DNA from: Perkinsus chesapeaki ATCC PRA-425
Lineage: Eukaryota; Protista; Perkinsozoa
Direction: 5' to 3'
DNA length: 64,000 nucleotides
Assembly (NCBI GenBank): GCA_013115145.1
Contig: JAAPAO010000010.1
Location: forward strand, 62,001 to 126,000
The translations under genes and the position numbers were made by a program. Shown in pieces: positions 57,752 through 64,000 of this stretch. Each line of letters opens with the position of its first letter. Positions within the stretch are counted from its first letter, which is position 1. The notes below the pieces were generated by a model. The model ran no database searches, had not been told where the DNA came from, and saw only the letters and a program-made list of their open reading frames with translations.

Positions 57752-59684
57752 TCATGGCTTCTCGGCGAGGATTGTGTAACTGAGATAAAAGAATATAGAC
57801 TACGACAACATATTAAAGAGTCTAAATCAACGTGAGCATCTAATCGATACTCTATTCGACCCTCACGAATACAACACCAAGCACGCGTGCACGCGTGCAA
57901 GCAAGCAAGCAGCCAAGAGCGTTGTTTCGATAAGAAGAGGCGACTTTTATCGATAGAGCCCACAAAGCGGCGAGTTATGTCGCTCGAGAAATAGACCGGA
58001 TGAAGGGCCGAAGATAACGCTCCTCCTGGGAACTTGAGAACCTTGATATCGGGCTATAGGCCATCACACGCGTTGCTAGAAGAAAACAGAAGGCAGCCGC
58101 CGTCTACGTGGTTGTGAAGATGCCTGTGCGGCCGCCAGCCACTAAAGCCTTAGCGGTATCGCCGAGCATCTTGGCAGTATCAGCTGCATTCTTAGGGGCT
58201 ATACCGATCACTTCCAACATCTTGGTGAAAGCCCTAATCAATAGACAATTAGTAACGGTCGGAAAGTAGTCAAACTCACAGGTTGAAAATCCTGCCAATT
58301 CTGGATACTTGCATGCCCTGTAAAGACCATGGACCTGACAACAGTGCTTAGTTAATGGGGAAGATGTCGATGCTGCTGCTGCTGCTGCTCACTGGAGAGG
58401 GGGTGATACCACGGTACATCGTTATCTCCGTTAATGATCTTGGCCTCTTCGATCATATCATAATTCTCGATTATTTTAAAGCCAACGCTTTCCATTTGTT
58501 TAACAATATCAGCGGCAAGTATAATATTAGCTATACCTGAATACGGTTGCTCCAGCAGCAGCAGTACTGGCGCGAGATGGCATACTTACCATTGCCGCGT
58601 TCGATACCTCTTTTGATTTCGGCATGCTCGGTGTTCGTAGGGTCGTACCTGAGACATGAAGAGACAGTGTCAATGAGATCTGTGGTTACTTATCAGTCAT
58701 AGCCCATTCGTAAGTTAAAAGTTTTCCTCCTTTCTTTAAAGCTTTAAAAGCCTCAGTAAAAGTTGGTACACGATCTTGAGTATGTACGGATGATTCACAA
58801 TAATATCTGATATAATATTCCTCTCAGTGATCCTCCAACATCTCCTATTTACACCGCGTCGAGGCTTTCAGGCTCAAATACTTTCGGTACGATATTAGTA
58901 AAATCTCCTTGAACATAATTGCATCGATCCTTCATCCATTTAGATAAATCCCTAGTATGACGTTTAGCTCGATTAACCTATTTAAGAAATAATAAAGTGT
59001 AAATGAGGATACTAACCTGATATTGATTAATGGTAACACCAGTAACTGTCGCACCAGAGAATCTGATAATAATAATAATGATCATCGAGATAAATCAGAT
59101 ATGTTATTATTATTCTTACCCAACAACAGTTCTAAGTGGTCCTCCAACACCCATACCCAAATCTGCTACTTTCATACCATCTTTGAGGCCCAGCTTCAGA
59201 GCTATCAAATGCCTGTGATCCACAACAGTTATCTCCACAAGTCACCCCAAAACCTACTCCAGTCTGGCCAGAGAAGCCTCGAAGCTCTCGCCCTTCCTGC
59301 GAGGGGCAAAATGAAAGCTTTGTCCCCAACCATACTCGTAAAAATCAGTGACAATATCGTAATATCTGAACAGAGCCATTCGTCCCGATGACCGGGTAAG
59401 ATACCCTCACTCATTAGTGCAGGTCTGATCGTGGTGATCCAGAGTTTCATGAACGGACTTGCCCTCAAACTTGGAGTCGTAAGATTCGAACGTCTTCTCA
59501 TGGTTGTTGGCTGAAAGGTAGCTAGCTGCATTCAACTGTCGCCACCGTTGCCCTTCCCTAATGTACATATCAAGGCCTTAACACTGTCACTGCGCCGAAT
59601 AATTGGGCCGATGAATAAGGCTAAGAATGCAGCCACGACAAAGGAGCTGACAGCGATGAGGGAAGTGGTATCGATTGAGAGCAT
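57752..59684 (-). CDS. Sterol C24-methyltransferase (ERG6/SMT-like), copy B, N-terminal hydrophobic segment
   Basis: [28 protein letters not shown], the same SAM motif, [32 protein letters not shown]. Confidence 0.9.
58686..59215. repeat. Second copy of the 530-bp segment
   Basis: See 56374-56903. Confidence 0.93.
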
Positions 59685-60260
59685 CTCAACAAGGTTGGGA
59701 ATATATAAAGGGGTGGAGGTAACTGCGAATAAGTCCTCCACTGCTGGCACTAAACTCGAGCACACTCGAGCCAAGCAAAAGGGATAGAAGATGATAAAGT
59801 TGTGGGATTCTTCTGTGTCATAATTTCAGCCCAAAAATCGTCCAGGTTAAGGACTTCTGGCGCCAAAGCTAGCTCTGTGTGGGTACTCGGTGGAGCGTAC
59901 TATACACTTAACCAATCGCCTCCCTATGGAGCAGCATTCTATATACGCTGCGCTCCTAAGCTCGCTGCCAACAGCTCAAAATCTAAACTCTGCCTTTTCG
60001 TTGGCCATTCGTTTATGATTCTTCAGCCAGAGATTGTTCTACAATTTTCAACTTTGCCCTACACGCATGCGCATGCGCCACTAGGAATGGCATTCCTATT
60101 ATGGAAAGCGCCGTCAAAGCAGGCGCTTGTGATACCAACGATCGTGTGCTTACTAACACTTGTTACGCCACGCGCCTAGACAATGTTATACAACGAATGG
60201 AAGTTCGCTCCCTCGTATTGAACAACAACACAAGCATACTCGACATACAAGATAACAGTA

Positions 60261-61785
60261 TCACAGTCTTGGACCATTAGCGAAGCGTCGGACCTTCGGC
60301 TGGGCCAGGAACGCTTCAATGTCACGCCAGAAGGCAGCCTGAAATGATACTCGCAATTTCAGGTTATACGAGCCATCACACCTGCACTGCCGCGTCGGTA
60401 TGCCGCTGGTTCTTCTTGAGCTTCAACGTCTTCACATTCCAAGTGCCACCAACAGTTTGAGGGTCAGCAACATCATCCTCGTATCTGAGTCGCACGTCGT
60501 TTCGTCATCACCACACAGCTGCAATCTCCCACCGAATGCTGACGCCAAGAACACTATGGAAAAGGTCCGCCTCGGACTTGAATGGCCAGTGCTTCAGTTG
60601 CCATCGCTTCCCGTCGAGTACAATGGCCACACAGGACTTCCAATCGTTTCTAACAGGCGAAATGGAGCAGCAGCCATCACCTGAGTTGCCCTACTTCCTG
60701 AATGCTGTCACACTATCCACTATTCTGAACTCCCAATTGAAACCACCGACCTTCTTATTGAACGTAACCGGGCCGTCCGGTCGGGCCATTCGCCCTAAAG
60801 CACTAGCCATCACAAGCACACTGTATGGGTCGTAGTCTACTGGGATCGGGCTCTTGGTAAACTCCATCCTCCAGAAACTTCTTAGCGTTGAGTATGTTAA
60901 TACGGGAAGCACTACTACTAATAGAGGGGACCACCTGAAATCAACTCCGCTGGAGCAAAGACCACGAACCCCTATAGAAAACTATATTATTTATTATATT
61001 TATTTGTCCTAATAAATCCTAGAATCCTATTTGTTCTGCCACATCTTGGCATTCCTGTCAGTATTCCCGAGGAACCCGCCGCCGGCCTCCTCTCAGCCTT
61101 TACAGAAATACTGCTGTCTTACAATAGTTGGTTTGAACTTTTTCTGCGCGATATCGTTGATCTCTTCAATCAGTGGACGGGCTTTAGGTGCCGAGGTGTG
61201 CGGCGCCGTCGAGATATGCGTTCGAGCGCGTTTCTTGGGCTGCGCGTCATCGTCTTGCATCGCCCCTCGGGTGCCCTTTCGAGCCAAGCCTACAGCGCAT
61301 TCAGGCACCCCTGATCGGCATCTCACCTGATGATTGTTGTTGTTGCTTTCCTTTGAGTTTCTCTGGTGAGAGCCTAGCCTTATGGCCCAGGAAAACCTCA
61401 ACCGGCGGCAGATCCTCGGTCGGCAGGCCTAGCTCTTCACGACCATAACGAACAGCCAAATCTTGCTTTACGTCCTAATAAAAGCAGTCTACAACAGGAG
61501 AGTCAAGGGACCAGATGAAGTGAGGAATTTATTTCAAATCCAAGGAGCCCTGAAGTCTGTATTCTTATAGCAAGTCGATGATCCTATAATCACTCAATAT
61601 ACATCATAGGTGGTCCGATAAGACTCTGTAACCCGTTCGCCTACAGCACCCTCTGGCAATCGCGAGCTCACCTTATTGGTGAGGATCCTCCGACCGTTGC
61701 TCTGCAACTCGGCCTCGTACTTCCGTAGGGCCGTAAGCTTCACTGGGGCTTGCATCCATTCGGGTGTGTGCGTTACCCGAGCCAT
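60261..61785 (-). CDS. CDC73: PAF1-complex subunit CDC73/parafibromin-like, multi-exon
   Basis: EFRIVDSV...DWKSCVAIVLDGKRWQLKHWPF...DLFHSVLG...QRHTD...FWRDIEAFL matches the CDC73 C-terminal pattern (YRVVD, DWxRVVAVFxxGxxWQFKxWP, KRHxD, FWxxL). Confidence 0.75.
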
Positions 61786-62065
61786 ATGCAGCCACAGAGG
61801 GACGAAGGAGCTACAGGACAAGGAATGAAAACTAGAACGCAACAACTACCAGAATGATCGGTGTCAAGTATAACGGTTTTTACTGCTTCAGTGAGGCAGC
61901 GATGGTACAATAAGAGCAATGCCCACACAATTTCCAAAAACAATACACAAGGCCAGCAGCAGCAGCAGCACACGCACTGCCGATACTATGTTGTCGAATA
62001 GTACAGTAACGAAGACTGTGGTGAAGTAGCACCTCAAGTCGTTCACAAGAGCGCTCAATCAGACA

Positions 62066-62545
62066 CTAAAAACCAAGCATGAAGCGCTCCAATTCGGCCT
62101 CCCCACGAGCAGCAGCTCGCTTTTCTCTGTCAGACTTCTGCTCTCCCCGATCAACATGTCGATGATGATACCTTATTCTCTTGTCGACCCCTTTACATGG
62201 GCTAGCTGAAGTGACGAAACCGAAGCAACCAAGACTCGACGGTGAGGGGCTTTTTCGCCCTGCCACGCTGCTCGTGGATGTGCTCGACGGAGGCGGAGGC
62301 GACAGCGGAGGCGTAGACTTCGCACGGTTCTCCGATCGATCTTCTGGTCTTTGTTCGTCGAGCAGATGTTTCTCGAATTCCGCGTTCTTTGTCTGTTCAT
62401 CACCAACACTGCTACTTGGCTTCATCGAACGCACCTTAGGTTGAGGCCAGAGCCTTCGACACACTTTTAAAATGATAAGAGTGATAATGGTACTTAGTAT
62501 CGGCCGAAGCCAGTCGTTCTCTAGCAGTAGGAAGGTGAAAGGCAT
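62066..62545 (-). CDS. Hypothetical 159-aa protein with N-terminal hydrophobic anchor
   Basis: ATG-initiated single ORF with ILSTIITLIILKV followed by a charged Ser/Pro-rich region. Confidence 0.5.
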   Translation of the reverse strand: MPFTFLLLENDWLRPILSTIITLIILKVCRRLWPQPKVRSMKPSSSVGDEQTKNAEFEKHLLDEQRPEDRSENRAKSTPPLSPPPPSSTSTSSVAGRKSPSPSSLGCFGFVTSASPCKGVDKRIRYHHRHVDRGEQKSDREKRAAARGEAELERFMLGF

Positions 62546-64000
62546 TTAGACAGAATATCCATAACCTAACCAGCACTATTTAACTACCATATCTTACAGG
62601 AACATTCTTATACCCATCATTGGTGGGTTGATGAGCCATCAAATGAGTACCAACGGACGACTTATAGCGGAGGAGCAGGTAAATCCACACCAACAGCAGC
62701 GGCGCTAGTTAATCATTCGCCTCTGAGAGGGGATGCTTATATAGGTCCTTATTACTGCATTAACCATTCAAGAGAGTATTCGTATCGATCAACTCCGACA
62801 AGACCCTCCTAACAGTGGGCACCCAGTGGGTTCGTACAACAAACGTGGATGGCAGCAATTATTGTGTTGGAGGCTGCTCTACGAAATGGATGCAGTAAAA
62901 TAACGACCACTGCCTTGCCATTCCCCTCGCAACCCAACATGTATAATAGCAATAACAACTAAAGAAGACATAATGGTCAACGACCATAACAAAGAGTGGT
63001 ACTAAACACTCGAGGGGCTATCACTCGAGAATGCTCCTGGGCCTTATAGCACATATTACTGCGATTCACCCAATCTGAACGAGAACGATTCCGCAGTTCC
63101 CAATCCTGCGTTCCCTCATTACTGGGCTTCAGCTTGCCAGAGTCGTATACACCAGCTAGATGAGCTACCCTTTGCGGGGGCTCAGCTCCATTATTCACTG
63201 GCATGCAACCATCGGACGATTTGGGCAAGGAGTGGTATGAAAAACTGCCGTACCTACAGAAACCTGCTTCCCGATATCCAAAAGAAACTATGCTATTTCA
63301 ACTATGCTATTTCAGTGTTAAATCTAATGCATGCCCAGTAACAGATCTAACAAGCGTCACAATGTAAGTTGCCGAAAGGACAACACGAGCGCCCAGTGCG
63401 GCAAAACCTTATAGTGCAGAGACGAAATGACCGTAAGAATTTATGAGGATGAGGACCCACGGCTTCCGGGCCGTCAGCTCAGTCCTGGGAGATAGTTAAC
63501 TCGAATAGGGTAGCACAGCAGACCTTCCCCTCCTTAGCTGCTGACCTGAAGTTGCTGGTAGTATATTGTTGCATTTGGTGATGATATCCTGCCGAGTCTC
63601 CAGGGCATTCTACCAAAGTAGGGCCACAAGGCTTACTGTAGACGCCTCCTCGAGCAAGCGAGCAGTGACCTAATAACTGTATGGAGTCTCCCCAACAACA
63701 CTCTTCGTTACTCGAGGGATTATGCATTTCGTGATGATGCCCAAATTGCTTCGCTCCGCTTATTGTCCTTCGCAATCGAGCTAGATGCCCAACGTCTACT
63801 GTCAAATGACGAGCATCGTTTTGAGCGTGCTGCAAAAACGTACGATAAATGCAGCGGAGCGAAGCACAGTGCTCACTCTTGTGAAGGTTAAAGTAGGCCT
63901 CTCATGCTTGACCACCTCCTTGTTAACAGTCCTTCTAGCTTTCCCTGCTCGACAGTGGATACTATAGCATTATGGTCCGAACAGCGCTACTGGATGCGCT

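Noticed and set aside
57881-60077. Palindromes GCACGCGTGCACGCGTGC (57881-57898) and CGCATGCGCATGCG (60064-60077)
   Set aside because: Short self-complementary tandem repeats readily made by slippage. One is intronic and no function can be supported.

Overview
Eukaryotic, gene-dense genomic DNA with many short (mostly about 40-60 nt) GT-AG introns. Gene content and style best fit a Perkinsus-like alveolate parasite; this is an inference, not a database result. Recognisable genes: RAD17, a JMJD6-type JmjC protein, four tandem intronless equilibrative nucleoside transporters, an RCC1-repeat protein, NTF2, a Rab8/Sec4-type GTPase, a C2-domain protein, a GDP-fucose-type transporter, a USP deubiquitinase, a PDZ/zinc-finger protein, a C10-family protein, two tandem sterol C24-methyltransferases and CDC73. 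There are also several hypothetical genes and three tRNA genes (two identical Ser-AGA, one Arg-ACG). Three things stand out. (1) A 2626-bp Chapaev-type (CMC) DNA transposon at 41063-43688 has 211-bp TIRs, CAC...GTG ends, a 4-bp ATAC target duplication and a RAG1-N-terminal-like zinc-binding domain, but its catalytic core looks damaged. (2) An unexplained noncoding element of about 1 kb at 3177-4217 is packed with perfect short-loop hairpins and is bounded by inverted motifs, each capped by a hairpin. (3) The otherwise diverged SMT paralogues share a 530-bp near-identical AT-rich tract whose ends fall at splice sites. Exon boundaries were read by eye, so coordinates of intron-containing genes are approximate spans.
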